DNA of 64,000 nt. Source: an uncultured archaeon. Lineage in GTDB: Archaea; Asgardarchaeota; Lokiarchaeia; Sigyniarchaeales; SOKP01. The notes beneath the pieces are model-generated. The model was not told the DNA's origin and ran no database searches. It was given only the letters and a program-made list of their open reading frames with translations. Positions 1-10,300 of the stretch are shown in pieces. The position numbers and the translations under genes were made by a program. Location: the NCBI GenBank assembly GCA_964525635.1, contig CAZGJX010000002.1:1-64000 (forward strand), given 5' to 3'. The stretch's first letter is position 1; each line of letters opens with the position of its first letter.

Positions 1-71
1 TAAATTAATGATTCTTAAATTTCAATCAAAATGAAAGAATCAAAAATACCCTCAAGTACTAAAATAAAGTT

Positions 72-599
72 CTATAAATATCCCATCTTATTAAGAAAAT
101 CTAAAATAATTTGTTTACTTTCATCAATATCTTGTTTATCCGTATCAACTACTATATCTGGATTGTCTGGTTCTTCAAAGGGATGGTCAATTCCAGTAAA
201 ATTCTTTATTTGACCTGCTCTTGCTTTTGCATACATACCTTTAACATCTCTTTCCTCACATACTTCAACAGGACATTTTACATAAACTAAAATATAATTA
301 CCAATTTCTTTTCTTGAATAATCTCTTATTTGATTATAAGGAGAGATAAAAGAAGCTAATACTGCTACTCCATTACGTGTTAAAAGTTTTGCAACAAAAG
401 TTACTCGTTCTATATTTTTATTTCTATCTTCTAGTGAAAAACCTAAATCCTTTGTTAGGTTTTTCCGGACAATATCTCCGTCTAAACGTTCTACTTTCAT
501 ACCTTTCCTTTTTAAATCATCAGCAACTGCATCAGCAAGTACAGTTTTTCCTGAACATGCTAATCCAGTAAACCATAATGTAAATCCTTTATGTTCCAT
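72..599 (-). CDS. cysC: Adenylyl-sulfate (APS) kinase
   Basis: GFTLWFTGLACSGKT P-loop, LDGDIVR, DLGFSLEDR, FTGIDHPFEEP. The likely start is MEHKG at 599; the ORF-track extension to 662 overlaps sat. Confidence 0.96.
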   Translation of the reverse strand: MEHKGFTLWFTGLACSGKTVLADAVADDLKRKGMKVERLDGDIVRKNLTKDLGFSLEDRNKNIERVTFVAKLLTRNGVAVLASFISPYNQIRDYSRKEIGNYILVYVKCPVEVCEERDVKGMYAKARAGQIKNFTGIDHPFEEPDNPDIVVDTDKQDIDESKQIILDFLNKMGYL

Positions 600-655
600 C
601 TTATTTTTTTTCTTATTTTTATTTATTTTTAAATTTATTAATCTAGAAATGAATT

Positions 656-1801
656 TTAACAAAAGGGATTTGAATGTTTTAAAATTACTTCAGCGACTTC
701 TGGTCTCATAATATCTGGAGTTGGTTTATTTCCAGAGTTTAAAATATCTCTAATATTAGTTCCACTAAAAAATGTATGGTATTCAGGAGGATGAGGACAA
801 ATTTTATCATTAACAACAGAATTGCATGTATTACATTTTGAAAATGATCTGAAAAATAGAGGTTGTATACCTAAGTCAGGAAAATGTTTGAAAATTTCAT
901 GAGCATCATAAGGACCATAAAAATCACCCACTCCAGCATGATCTCTTCCTATTATAATATGATCACATCCAAAATTCTTACGTGCTATAGCATGAAAAAC
1001 TGCCTCTTTTGGTCCTGCATATCTCATTTCTATTTCAAATGTACTTAGTACAACACGATCTTTTGGATAATAATATTTAATTAATGCTGAATATGATTCC
1101 AAAATTACTTTATCTAGGAAATCTCCCTTTTTTTTTTTTCCAATCACAGGATTTATAAAAAGACCATCATTAAAGGTTAATGCTGCCTTTTGTACATATT
1201 CATGACCTAAATGAGGGGGATTTCGAGTTTGGAAAGCAACAACTCTTTCCCATTTTTTTGTCTTGAATAGAACTCTGGTTTCTATAGGTTTAAGATCAAA
1301 TTCAGGAAATTCTGCTTTATGTTCCTTTATTAAATATATTTCTCCTCCTAATAAATTTTCTTTTTGATTATGAATTTTTTGTACTCCTGGATGGGAACTA
1401 TCATTTGTTCCATATACTTTTTCAGAAAAATATTTTTTATCACATTTGTATATATCTTCGATATTGATCAATGCAATTGGATTATTGGAAAAATCAGTTA
1501 AAATAGCATTATCACCAGTTTTTAAATTCTTAATTTCATCATCAGAAACATCTAAAACAATAGGAATTGGCCAGGCAATATTGTTTTCCAAATACATATG
1601 TTCTAAAACATTTAATGTATCATTTTCATTCATAAATCCCTCTAAAGGACTAAAAATTCCAAAAGATATATTTTTAATCTCTTTACAAGTTTGTAAATCA
1701 ACTGGAATTTGTTTAAATTCATTAATTTGTTCTAATATTCGACTTTTTTCCAATTTTGGCAAAGCTTTATTAATTAATGTGCCTCCATGAGGTTGTATCA
1801 T
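656..1801 (-). CDS. sat: Sulfate adenylyltransferase (ATP sulfurylase, Sat type)
   Basis: PHGG N-terminus, FSPLEGFM, AFQTRNPPHLGHE, MRYAGPKEA, GRDHAGVG; adjacent to cysC. Confidence 0.97.
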   Translation of the reverse strand: MIQPHGGTLINKALPKLEKSRILEQINEFKQIPVDLQTCKEIKNISFGIFSPLEGFMNENDTLNVLEHMYLENNIAWPIPIVLDVSDDEIKNLKTGDNAILTDFSNNPIALINIEDIYKCDKKYFSEKVYGTNDSSHPGVQKIHNQKENLLGGEIYLIKEHKAEFPEFDLKPIETRVLFKTKKWERVVAFQTRNPPHLGHEYVQKAALTFNDGLFINPVIGKKKKGDFLDKVILESYSALIKYYYPKDRVVLSTFEIEMRYAGPKEAVFHAIARKNFGCDHIIIGRDHAGVGDFYGPYDAHEIFKHFPDLGIQPLFFRSFSKCNTCNSVVNDKICPHPPEYHTFFSGTNIRDILNSGNKPTPDIMRPEVAEVILKHSNPFC

Positions 1802-1831
1802 TCTTTTTTAAACCTTTTATAGTAAATAATT

Positions 1832-2071
1832 TTAATCTAAATATCCTAAATCCCTTAGTCTTTGTTTAACAGTCTCTTCTTCTTCTTTTGTAAATGCTTG
1901 TTTCGTCTTCTCTTCTTCCTCAATTGATGATAATACTTGCCTCAAAATATAGGTAACATAGCTTGATACAGAAGAAAAACCAGTACCTTTCATTCTTTCT
2001 TTAACCTTTTCAGCTAAAGGTTTTGGAATTGAAACTGTTGTATATTCTACTCTATAATCTTCATCAGACAT
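1832..2071 (-). CDS. Ribbon-helix-helix (CopG-like) protein with C-terminal RLRDLGYLD tail
   Basis: YTTVSIPKPLAEKVK...GFSSVSSYVTYILRQ RHH pattern; first gene of the RHH-sat-cysC run. Confidence 0.85.
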   Translation of the reverse strand: MSDEDYRVEYTTVSIPKPLAEKVKERMKGTGFSSVSSYVTYILRQVLSSIEEEEKTKQAFTKEEEETVKQRLRDLGYLD

Positions 2072-2322
2072 AAGTATATTACTTTTTATAATTGTTAATT
2101 AAATATAATGATAATTAATTAAGAAAAGAAAATAGTTTTATTAAACTTTATTAAACCTTCTTTTTTTAAATTACAATTCTACCATTAGAAATGAATAATA
2201 TTTTGATAAATTATTATATTTCAAAAAAATCATAAACCTCTTATTAGAAAAATAATAAATTAAAAATAAAATAGATAGAAATGATTTAAGAAAGTTTATT
2301 TTTAGTATAGGAGATCTTATTT

Positions 2323-3192
2323 ATGAATAATAGATTAATTAAAAGAATAATCAGGAAGATTTTATATAATTTAGAGGATCGAATACAATTTGAACAATTT
2401 GATGTTAATGAGACTCTAAGAAATATCTCTAAATTATGGAATAATCTTTCAAAATATAATAACCATTTAGATCTTATTTTATCAGACAATATTTATATTA
2501 AAAAAGAAAATATAATCTATTTATTTCGAAAAAACATGATCAAGTTTTTATTAAATGGATCTCATGAAAACTCCTCAAGTAAATTAATATTGAATTCTAT
2601 TGACCATAATTCAAAAGTATTTATTGATGTGGGAGCCAATTATGGATATTATTCAATTTTAGTTGCTAAAAAATATAATATTAAAGTCTATGCTTTTGAA
2701 CCAGGAAATGAAGCATATAGTTATTTATTAAAAAACATAGCTTTGAATCAATTATATGATAATATAATACCAATTAAAATGGCATTAGGAAATACATTAA
2801 AAGAAAGTCTAATTTCAAAAGATCTTTTTGCAAAGAATCATATAGTAAATGAACATGGAAATCTCATTAGAATGACAACATTAGACAGTTATATAAAGAA
2901 GCATAATTTGGAAGCATTAGATTTTATCAAAGTAGACATAGAAGGTTTTGAACCTTTTTTTATTGAGGGAGCAAAAGAGAGTATTATGAAATATAAACCT
3001 ATGGTATTAATGGAATTGAGCAAGAATCTTCTAAAAAGATATGGAAAAAAACCCAAGGATATTTTTAATCTTATGGATTTATTAGATTATAGATGTAAAT
3101 ATGTTTTATTTGATAATAAAATAATTAATTTCGAAAATATATCTCAAAATATATTCAATAGAACCTGTAATTATTTCTTTGAACCCAAATAA
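2323..3192 (+). CDS. FkbM-family SAM methyltransferase
   Basis: FIDVGANYGYYS, VYAFEP, TLD, FIKVDIEGFE motifs. Confidence 0.92.
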   Translation: MNNRLIKRIIRKILYNLEDRIQFEQFDVNETLRNISKLWNNLSKYNNHLDLILSDNIYIKKENIIYLFRKNMIKFLLNGSHENSSSKLILNSIDHNSKVFIDVGANYGYYSILVAKKYNIKVYAFEPGNEAYSYLLKNIALNQLYDNIIPIKMALGNTLKESLISKDLFAKNHIVNEHGNLIRMTTLDSYIKKHNLEALDFIKVDIEGFEPFFIEGAKESIMKYKPMVLMELSKNLLKRYGKKPKDIFNLMDLLDYRCKYVLFDNKIINFENISQNIFNRTCNYFFEPK

Positions 3193-3272
3193 TAATTTAA
3201 GTACATATTTAATATGAATTAAACACTAAAAATTCTTAAAATATATAATGATTAAAAGTTTACAATAATAAT

Positions 3273-4274
3273 ATGGAATTTAGATATTTATTTAGCTTAT
3301 ATAAAAGATTTATTAAAGCTTACTTAAGAAAATTATATTTTAGACTCATTCTTACACCTCAGCTTACTTATAATGATATTAATGGTAAAATACTCAACTC
3401 GATAAAAAAAAATTTTAATTTTATAACAAAAATAAATATAATAAATAAACAGAGCCTTAATGAAAAAATTATTTATCTGGTTAATTACAGGGATTCACTC
3501 AAATATTCCGATAAAATTTTTAGAGATGTAAAGTTTTTTTCTTTTTTTATAAATGCTGATAGGAGTGGGCATAGTCTAGTTGGAGCAATTTTGGATGCAC
3601 ATCCTAATATTATTATCTCTCATGAAATTAATGCTTTAGTATTACTAAAAGAACATAATTTTAAGAAAAATAAAGTATACAGTAGAATTTTAGCAAAATC
3701 ATATAATCAATCTGCAAGAAAAAACAGAATAAAAAATAAATATAACTACAATATACCTTATGAATTTTCAGGCAAATTTAAAATTTTAAATATTATTGGA
3801 GATAAAAAAGGGAGTGCAACAGCTCAAATTCTTTACAATAATCCACAATTAATTTCTAGACTACAAGAAATATTTGAAAATAATTTAAAAATTATTACTG
3901 TGTTTAGGAATCCATATGATAATATTATCGCTATGTCTGTGAGAAGAAAACTTCCAATTAGTCAATGTATTCGATTATATTTTAACATAACAGAAATTTG
4001 TTATAGACTGTATAAGATATTACCAAAGGAACAAATGATAATTATAAATCATGAAGATTTAATAAACAATCCCAGTTCAGAAATAGAAAAAATATGTAAT
4101 TTTTATGGTTTATCTGCTCCAAAAGATTATCTCAATATTGTAAGACAGATCATCAATAAAAAACCTCATAATAGAAGGTATAACTATAATTGGAGGGATG
4201 AAGATTTGCATAAGATAAAACAATTTATTGAAAAATCAAAATATCAAATATTTTTTAAAGATTATAAATTCTAA
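3273..4274 (+). CDS. PAPS-dependent sulfotransferase
   Basis: RSGHSLVGAILDAHP 5'-PSB loop, RNPYD 3'-PB motif, HEDLINNP. Confidence 0.85.
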   Translation: MEFRYLFSLYKRFIKAYLRKLYFRLILTPQLTYNDINGKILNSIKKNFNFITKINIINKQSLNEKIIYLVNYRDSLKYSDKIFRDVKFFSFFINADRSGHSLVGAILDAHPNIIISHEINALVLLKEHNFKKNKVYSRILAKSYNQSARKNRIKNKYNYNIPYEFSGKFKILNIIGDKKGSATAQILYNNPQLISRLQEIFENNLKIITVFRNPYDNIIAMSVRRKLPISQCIRLYFNITEICYRLYKILPKEQMIIINHEDLINNPSSEIEKICNFYGLSAPKDYLNIVRQIINKKPHNRRYNYNWRDEDLHKIKQFIEKSKYQIFFKDYKF

Positions 4275-4319
4275 AATTTCTTTCAAATTAGATATCTATA
4301 TTGAGTTTATTTGTACTAA

Positions 4320-5765
4320 CTATAATCTAATTTTTTTTACTGCTCTATATATCTTATTTTCTTCCGATCTATATGCATTAATATACAAATTAAGGTATTT
4401 CATGAATTTTTCTTCCATATATCTTATATTCTCATCATCAGATTGATGTAAGTTATTTTTTTCATATGGATCTATTTTTAAGTTATAAAATTCATAATTC
4501 TTTAATTTCTCATTATATATTATTTTCCAATAATTATCTCGACATGATATTAATAAATAGTAATTATATTTTTTTTTTACAAGGTCATTAAAAAATTTAT
4601 CATCATCATATTTTTGAAAAACTGAACTAATAACATAATCAGAATAATTCTTAATTTCTTTCTTTATACTTAAATCTAAGATTTTTGAGCCTTTAAATTC
4701 CTGATCTTGTTTGAGATGAAACATATTCAGAATAGTTGGAGCAATATCTATACTTTGTACAAGTGCATCAACCTCTTTTTTTTTATTATAATTATGAGGT
4801 TTAATTATTAGAGGTATTCTTAGTAATTCATTATAAAGAGATTTTATGTGTCCGATTGAACCATGCTCTAAAAATGCTTCACCATGATCTGCGGTTAATA
4901 TTATATCCAACTCGTTATAAATTTCTAATTTCTTTAAATATTGGAAAAATTTTCCAATGTAATGATCAAGATAATGGATCTCTGCATTGTACAATAACTT
5001 TAGATTTTCTAATTTTTCATTATCTATATTATTGTACAAATTTGGATTATTATTCATTTTTATTGACCATTTTCTCAATTCTAATTTATCTAAATTAGAA
5101 ATTTGTTTATTAGATATTTTTTTTATAAATTCTAAAGGAGGATAGTATGGTCCATGAGGATCCATAAAATGAATCCAGAGAAAGAATTCTGAATTGTAAT
5201 TTTTGTCAAGCCATGATAAAGTCTTATCAAGAGTTAATTTAGCATTAGTATATGGGACATTAAGGTTCAGTTTATTATTATTATTATTTAAATTATTATT
5301 TCTATTTTCATTTATCTTATATTCATTTTTCGAAATTTTTTTTTCCTTATTGAAGATTTTTGAAAAGCTTAAGAGGATTTTGCGTGTTTTTTTTTTTTTA
5401 GATTCTACTTTATCATACATATCAAAAAAATTATTAAAACCTATATGAAAATTACGATCTTTTCCTAAATATGGATTTGAATGAATTCCACATGTATTAA
5501 TCTTATTATTTTGGAGAATTTTAGCTATTGTTTGTTTTTCTAAGTTTAGAGGGGTATAAAAATTATATATTCCAGGTATTTCAGAAACAAAAAGTGAATA
5601 AAAAGCTGGTGGTGTATTTGGTCCATTAGTTATACAATTATTATAAATAACTGAATGAGTACAAAATTTATCAATGTTTGGAGTTAGATTGTTTTTATTT
5701 CCATATATAGCTAAACGATCCCGTCTTAAACAATCAATTGTTATAAGAATTACTCTTCTTTTCAT
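4320..5765 (-). CDS. Sulfatase-like hydrolase/transferase (AlkP superfamily, Thr at nucleophile position)
   Basis: LITIDCLRRD, TPNID, NTPPAF, WIHFMDPHGPY, TADHGEAFLEHG, YNLKIDPYE. Confidence 0.9.
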   Translation of the reverse strand: MKRRVILITIDCLRRDRLAIYGNKNNLTPNIDKFCTHSVIYNNCITNGPNTPPAFYSLFVSEIPGIYNFYTPLNLEKQTIAKILQNNKINTCGIHSNPYLGKDRNFHIGFNNFFDMYDKVESKKKKTRKILLSFSKIFNKEKKISKNEYKINENRNNNLNNNNNKLNLNVPYTNAKLTLDKTLSWLDKNYNSEFFLWIHFMDPHGPYYPPLEFIKKISNKQISNLDKLELRKWSIKMNNNPNLYNNIDNEKLENLKLLYNAEIHYLDHYIGKFFQYLKKLEIYNELDIILTADHGEAFLEHGSIGHIKSLYNELLRIPLIIKPHNYNKKKEVDALVQSIDIAPTILNMFHLKQDQEFKGSKILDLSIKKEIKNYSDYVISSVFQKYDDDKFFNDLVKKKYNYYLLISCRDNYWKIIYNEKLKNYEFYNLKIDPYEKNNLHQSDDENIRYMEEKFMKYLNLYINAYRSEENKIYRAVKKIRL

Positions 5766-5870
5766 AATTAATATAAGTTTTTTTTCTTTTAACTGATAAT
5801 ATTTAATAATATCATTTTCTTATTTCTTTTCTCTTTATTATATTCTATCTAAATAAAATATTAAAAAAAA

Positions 5871-7148
5871 TTAATATCCAAACTTGTTAATTAAATCTCC
5901 TAAAATATTATCTATAATTTCAATTTGATTTGGTTGTAATCTCTTTTTCCAATATCCAACCCTATTTTTATCTAATTTTGAATAATTAATAAAATCCTGC
6001 TTTAAACCAAGAAAATTCTTTATCTTTTTAAAAATTTCTTTTGGATTATTAATTAGATCCTCCAATTTTATTTCCAAATATTCATTTTCTGACGGTTTAA
6101 CTTCATTTAAAACTTCAATTATTCTTTCTATGGTATTTTTTGTCCAATAGGTTGCACTTATTATATCATTTGGTCCCCAATAGGTTCTTATAAGAGAATA
6201 GACTAATTCTCGTGGATCTCTTTTTATATGAATAAACTTTGCATTTGGAAATAATTTATATAAGAATTTTAATTCCAAAATATTATTCGGAGTTTTTTCA
6301 CACCAAATCTTTTTTTTCTCTTCATGTAGCTTTTTAAGAAATAATGATTCAACTAGATTTCTACATAAACTTAAGTATTCTTCTTCATGGAACTTTTTTG
6401 GAATTATGATTTTATTTTTATTATAATTACATAATGTTCTTATATAGGAGAATAATCTTTTAATATCATGATAACAATCATTTATCCTATATTTATATGG
6501 TCTTTTATAAAATAAAATACTCTTGTATAATGTATGAAATAGAAAAAACTTATATTTTTTTTTTAATCTTAATCTTTTTATTAATACTGTAAAGTCTTTT
6601 TCTAAATATTCCTTATATTCTGGAAAATATCGTAAAAATAGAATTTTAAGAATTCTAATTTTAATATGGGATACTTTTAAAAATAAGCTAATAAAATAGG
6701 CAATTATACTGTGAATGGGATGATATTCAGATCTAATTGAAGATATAGTATAATAGTTTCTGCTATAAGCTATATCATAATATAGACTTTTAATAAAATC
6801 TGACATTATTGTTGTATAGAATTTTTTACCATAGAAATTTCGAATATCTCCTCTATTTGGATAAGTCTTTGATGATATTTTATCAACTAACATTTTTTTT
6901 GAAAACCGATAAATAGCAATATCTGCTTTATTTGGATGGTATGAATAACATAAATGGGTTGCTAAATCCTTTAATCCATCACATTCTATTATAAAACGTG
7001 TTTCTTGGGGAATTGAATAGATTTCTGGATGTTTTCCTAACAATTCTCTTAGAATTGTAGTCCCACTCTGTCCAGAACCTCCTAAAAAAATTTTTAAACT
7101 TATTTCATTCAAATTAGATTCAAACACCCTTTCTTGGGAGATTTTCAA
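5871..7148 (-). CDS. PAPS-dependent sulfotransferase
   Basis: GGSGQSGTTILRELLGKHP, WCEKTPNN, IHIKRDPRE, LEDLINNP, C-terminal FGY. The TTG start is uncertain. Confidence 0.9.
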   Translation of the reverse strand: MKISQERVFESNLNEISLKIFLGGSGQSGTTILRELLGKHPEIYSIPQETRFIIECDGLKDLATHLCYSYHPNKADIAIYRFSKKMLVDKISSKTYPNRGDIRNFYGKKFYTTIMSDFIKSLYYDIAYSRNYYTISSIRSEYHPIHSIIAYFISLFLKVSHIKIRILKILFLRYFPEYKEYLEKDFTVLIKRLRLKKKYKFFLFHTLYKSILFYKRPYKYRINDCYHDIKRLFSYIRTLCNYNKNKIIIPKKFHEEEYLSLCRNLVESLFLKKLHEEKKKIWCEKTPNNILELKFLYKLFPNAKFIHIKRDPRELVYSLIRTYWGPNDIISATYWTKNTIERIIEVLNEVKPSENEYLEIKLEDLINNPKEIFKKIKNFLGLKQDFINYSKLDKNRVGYWKKRLQPNQIEIIDNILGDLINKFGY

Positions 7149-7155
7149 TTTTAAT

Positions 7156-8208
7156 TTATTTCTCGATGATATTAACTATTCTTTTCATAATTATATTCCA
7201 ATTATAATTTTTAACAACAAAATTCATCCCTTTATAAGCTATATTTTCTCTTAAATCTTTGTTTTTCAAATAATATTCAATTTTATTTAGCAATTCTTTT
7301 TTTGTATTAAACCAATCTAAATGTTCTTTTTTTTTAAAGAATAATTCTAAATCTTTGCAATATTCCGTTAATAGAAATGAACCTGTACCCATTGCTTGAA
7401 AAACTCTAATAGAAAAACCATATTTACCTTTTGTAAAATTTAAAATGATTCTCGAACTTCTATATAAATTAACTAATGTATCTAAATAAACTGGAGCAAG
7501 GTTCCAATCCTTACCAAAAGTAGTTGCGGAAATTCCATTATTCTTCAAATATTTAATATATATTTCACGTTTTATCGTTTTAGTTCCTATGAAAATCACG
7601 TCAATTTCTTTTTTTCGTTTTTTAGGATAAAATTTCTTAATATCCAAACCTTGAGTAATAAAATAACTATTTTTTTGCTTTCTTTTAAATAAACTGTAAA
7701 TTGTAGAAAATGTAGCGCTTGAATAATTACACAATGAAGAATATTTTTCAGCATTGAATTCAATAGCAACATTCAAAGGATCCATGAAAAAATACCAAGT
7801 CTTTCCGTATTTATTGATTTTTGGGATAAGCTTATAATTTATTCTATCTGATTTTGAAAGAAAAATTAGATCATATTTTTTTTTTTTTACTTCATTAATT
7901 AACTGTTTATTTACTTTCCATCTTCCATAAAGATAATATCTTTCAAATTCAGATAAAATTCTAAAAAATGAGATTTTATTTCTATATTTTTGATTTAGTT
8001 TTGATATTTTTTTAAAAAAAGTAGAGCAATAATTATTTATTGAAGATTTATAATGGCTATTTTTAATATTATTATTTTTTGCATTATTATTCTGTTTATA
8101 TCGAAAATCAAAACATACAACTTTATGCCCTAAATTCTTTAATTCGTGAACCATTGGAATATTTGTTGACCATTTGTTATGAAATACTCCAACAAATAAA
8201 ATCTTCAT
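7156..8208 (-). CDS. Glycosyltransferase (GT-B, CgeB/Glyco_trans_1_2-like)
   Basis: DVIFIG, YRSSRIILNF, SIRVFQAMGTGSFLLT, RENIAYKG. Confidence 0.85.
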   Translation of the reverse strand: MKILFVGVFHNKWSTNIPMVHELKNLGHKVVCFDFRYKQNNNAKNNNIKNSHYKSSINNYCSTFFKKISKLNQKYRNKISFFRILSEFERYYLYGRWKVNKQLINEVKKKKYDLIFLSKSDRINYKLIPKINKYGKTWYFFMDPLNVAIEFNAEKYSSLCNYSSATFSTIYSLFKRKQKNSYFITQGLDIKKFYPKKRKKEIDVIFIGTKTIKREIYIKYLKNNGISATTFGKDWNLAPVYLDTLVNLYRSSRIILNFTKGKYGFSIRVFQAMGTGSFLLTEYCKDLELFFKKKEHLDWFNTKKELLNKIEYYLKNKDLRENIAYKGMNFVVKNYNWNIIMKRIVNIIEK

Positions 8209-8495
8209 TATTCTTCTTTATAATCATATATTATATTCTGTTGATAATGTAAGATTGCTAAAAAAATTTTTTTATTATTTAATACATCAAAATTTTATAA
8301 ACTTATATTTCATGGAAATTTATTCAATTCCCATGTATTTCTTTTCTTATAGTAGATAATATATTCTTGATTCCTTTGATTTTAAATATATTATAAAAAA
8401 ATTATAAGTATTATCAAATATTTTGTTAACTAATCTTATTACATTTGATTAAATTTATATATTCATTCTAAAATTGAACTTAGCTAAAAAATAAT

Positions 8496-9356
8496 ATGAT
8501 GATAAAGCAAAATATTTTTAAAAATCTATCCCAAACGAGTTTTTTTTTAAAAATGAGAAGGATTTTTTCAAAAACCTATGCTATCTCTGAAAAGAATATA
8601 AAAATGCAATTAAGGTTTAAATACAGCTTAATAGTTGGTTATATAACTCCAATTTTATCTATATTAATGCCATTTTTTATATTCGGAAAACTTTTTGAAA
8701 ATAGTATTGATATAGATCCATGGAATGCACATAACGCTCCTATATTTATACTTATTAGTTATAATATCTTGCTTATGCGTCGTATGGTAGTTAATATTCC
8801 TTCAAGGTTGAATGAAGAAAAATTTTGGAAAACTATAACTGCTTTAATTGTAGCTCCATTTAATAGGTTTTATTTATTAATTGGTTATTTTATATCTGAA
8901 TTTTTTATTATGGTTTTTCCGTTTGTGATTATATCTGTTATTCTATTTATTTTTTGGCCAATTTCTATAATGACGGCCTTAATTATTATTCTAATGTATA
9001 TATCTATTGCTTTGATATTTTGTGGTATAAGTCTAATTGTAGGTGCTTTTGCTCTTACTAATGAAAACATATGGGGCATTTTAAGATTTTCAATATCTTT
9101 TATTTTTATAGTTAGTTGTGTATCTTATCCTTTTCAAATGTACCCGGGTATAGCTCAAGAAGTTATAAAATATAATCCAATCTACTATATTATCGATATT
9201 TTGAGATTAACATGGATAGAGAATTCTATCATTGATACTATTACCTTACATCCATTTCATTTTATTGTTTATTTTTCCTCCATTTTTATATTTCCTATTG
9301 TGGGAGTATATTTGTTTAATTATATATTTAAAAAATTGGGAATTCAAGGGTATTAA
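8496..9356 (+). CDS. ABC-2 type exporter permease
   Basis: About six hydrophobic segments, EEKFWKT..LIVAP and YNPIYY motifs; directly upstream of an ABC ATPase. Confidence 0.88.
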   Translation: MMIKQNIFKNLSQTSFFLKMRRIFSKTYAISEKNIKMQLRFKYSLIVGYITPILSILMPFFIFGKLFENSIDIDPWNAHNAPIFILISYNILLMRRMVVNIPSRLNEEKFWKTITALIVAPFNRFYLLIGYFISEFFIMVFPFVIISVILFIFWPISIMTALIIILMYISIALIFCGISLIVGAFALTNENIWGILRFSISFIFIVSCVSYPFQMYPGIAQEVIKYNPIYYIIDILRLTWIENSIIDTITLHPFHFIVYFSSIFIFPIVGVYLFNYIFKKLGIQGY

Positions 9357-9361
9357 TTAAT

Positions 9362-10285
9362 ATGGAAGAAAAAAAAAAAATTATAGAAATATTTAACCTA
9401 TCGAAGACCTATCATTTAAAAAAAAAAAATAAATTTATATCAGCTTTAGATGATGTCAATTTAAAAATTGCAGAAGGTGAAAAATTTGGGTTATTAGGAC
9501 CAAATGGAGCAGGAAAAACAACAATGGTTAAAATATTAACGACTCTAATTCAACCAACTAAAGGATATGCTATAATTGATGGATATAATATTCTAAAAAA
9601 ACCCTCACAAGTTAGAAATAAACTTGTATTGATGCTTGGAAATGAAATGATTTATTATAGACTTACTGGATATAGTAATCTAAAATTTTTTGCAAAGATA
9701 TATCAAATATCGAATTATAAAGAAAAGATATATAATATTACTAAAGACTTTGGAATAGATAAATGGCTTCATGAATATGTAGAAAGATATTCGACAGGGA
9801 TGAAAGTTAAATTATCATTATGTAGAACTCTCTTATTAAATCCTAAAATCTTTTTTCTAGATGAACCAACATTAGGTCTTGATGTTAGTACAATTAATTA
9901 TATAATTGATAAATTAAAAAAATTAAATAAAACAATTTTTTTGACAAGTCATAATATGAATGTTGTTGAAAAATTATGTGATAGAATTGCATTTATCAAT
10001 AAAGGTAAAATCAATGTTATCGGTGATAAAGAGTATCTTAAAGAACTTCTAACTCAAAAGATTGAAATAACGATTGAAATTACTATAAATAAAAATAATT
10101 TAAAAAATGAATTAAATGAAAAATCCTTTATTACAAATATAACTGAATATAAAAATGGATTAATTGTTGAGTTAAATAAAAGAATAAATTATCCTGATTT
10201 GTTAGCAATTTTAAAAGATTATCCTATTACAAAAATAAGAGAAACAGAATTGAATATTGAAGATTTATTTCTCAAAATTATATAA
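9362..10285 (+). CDS. ABC transporter ATP-binding subunit
   Basis: GPNGAGKT Walker A, YSTGM signature, FFLDEPT Walker B, TSH switch. Confidence 0.95.
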   Translation: MEEKKKIIEIFNLSKTYHLKKKNKFISALDDVNLKIAEGEKFGLLGPNGAGKTTMVKILTTLIQPTKGYAIIDGYNILKKPSQVRNKLVLMLGNEMIYYRLTGYSNLKFFAKIYQISNYKEKIYNITKDFGIDKWLHEYVERYSTGMKVKLSLCRTLLLNPKIFFLDEPTLGLDVSTINYIIDKLKKLNKTIFLTSHNMNVVEKLCDRIAFINKGKINVIGDKEYLKELLTQKIEITIEITINKNNLKNELNEKSFITNITEYKNGLIVELNKRINYPDLLAILKDYPITKIRETELNIEDLFLKII

Positions 10286-10300
10286 TATAGAAAAAAAAAT

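Noticed and set aside
640-670. Sat ending in NPFC, possibly from a one-base homopolymer slip
   Set aside because: It affects only the last few residues and cannot be assessed without reads.
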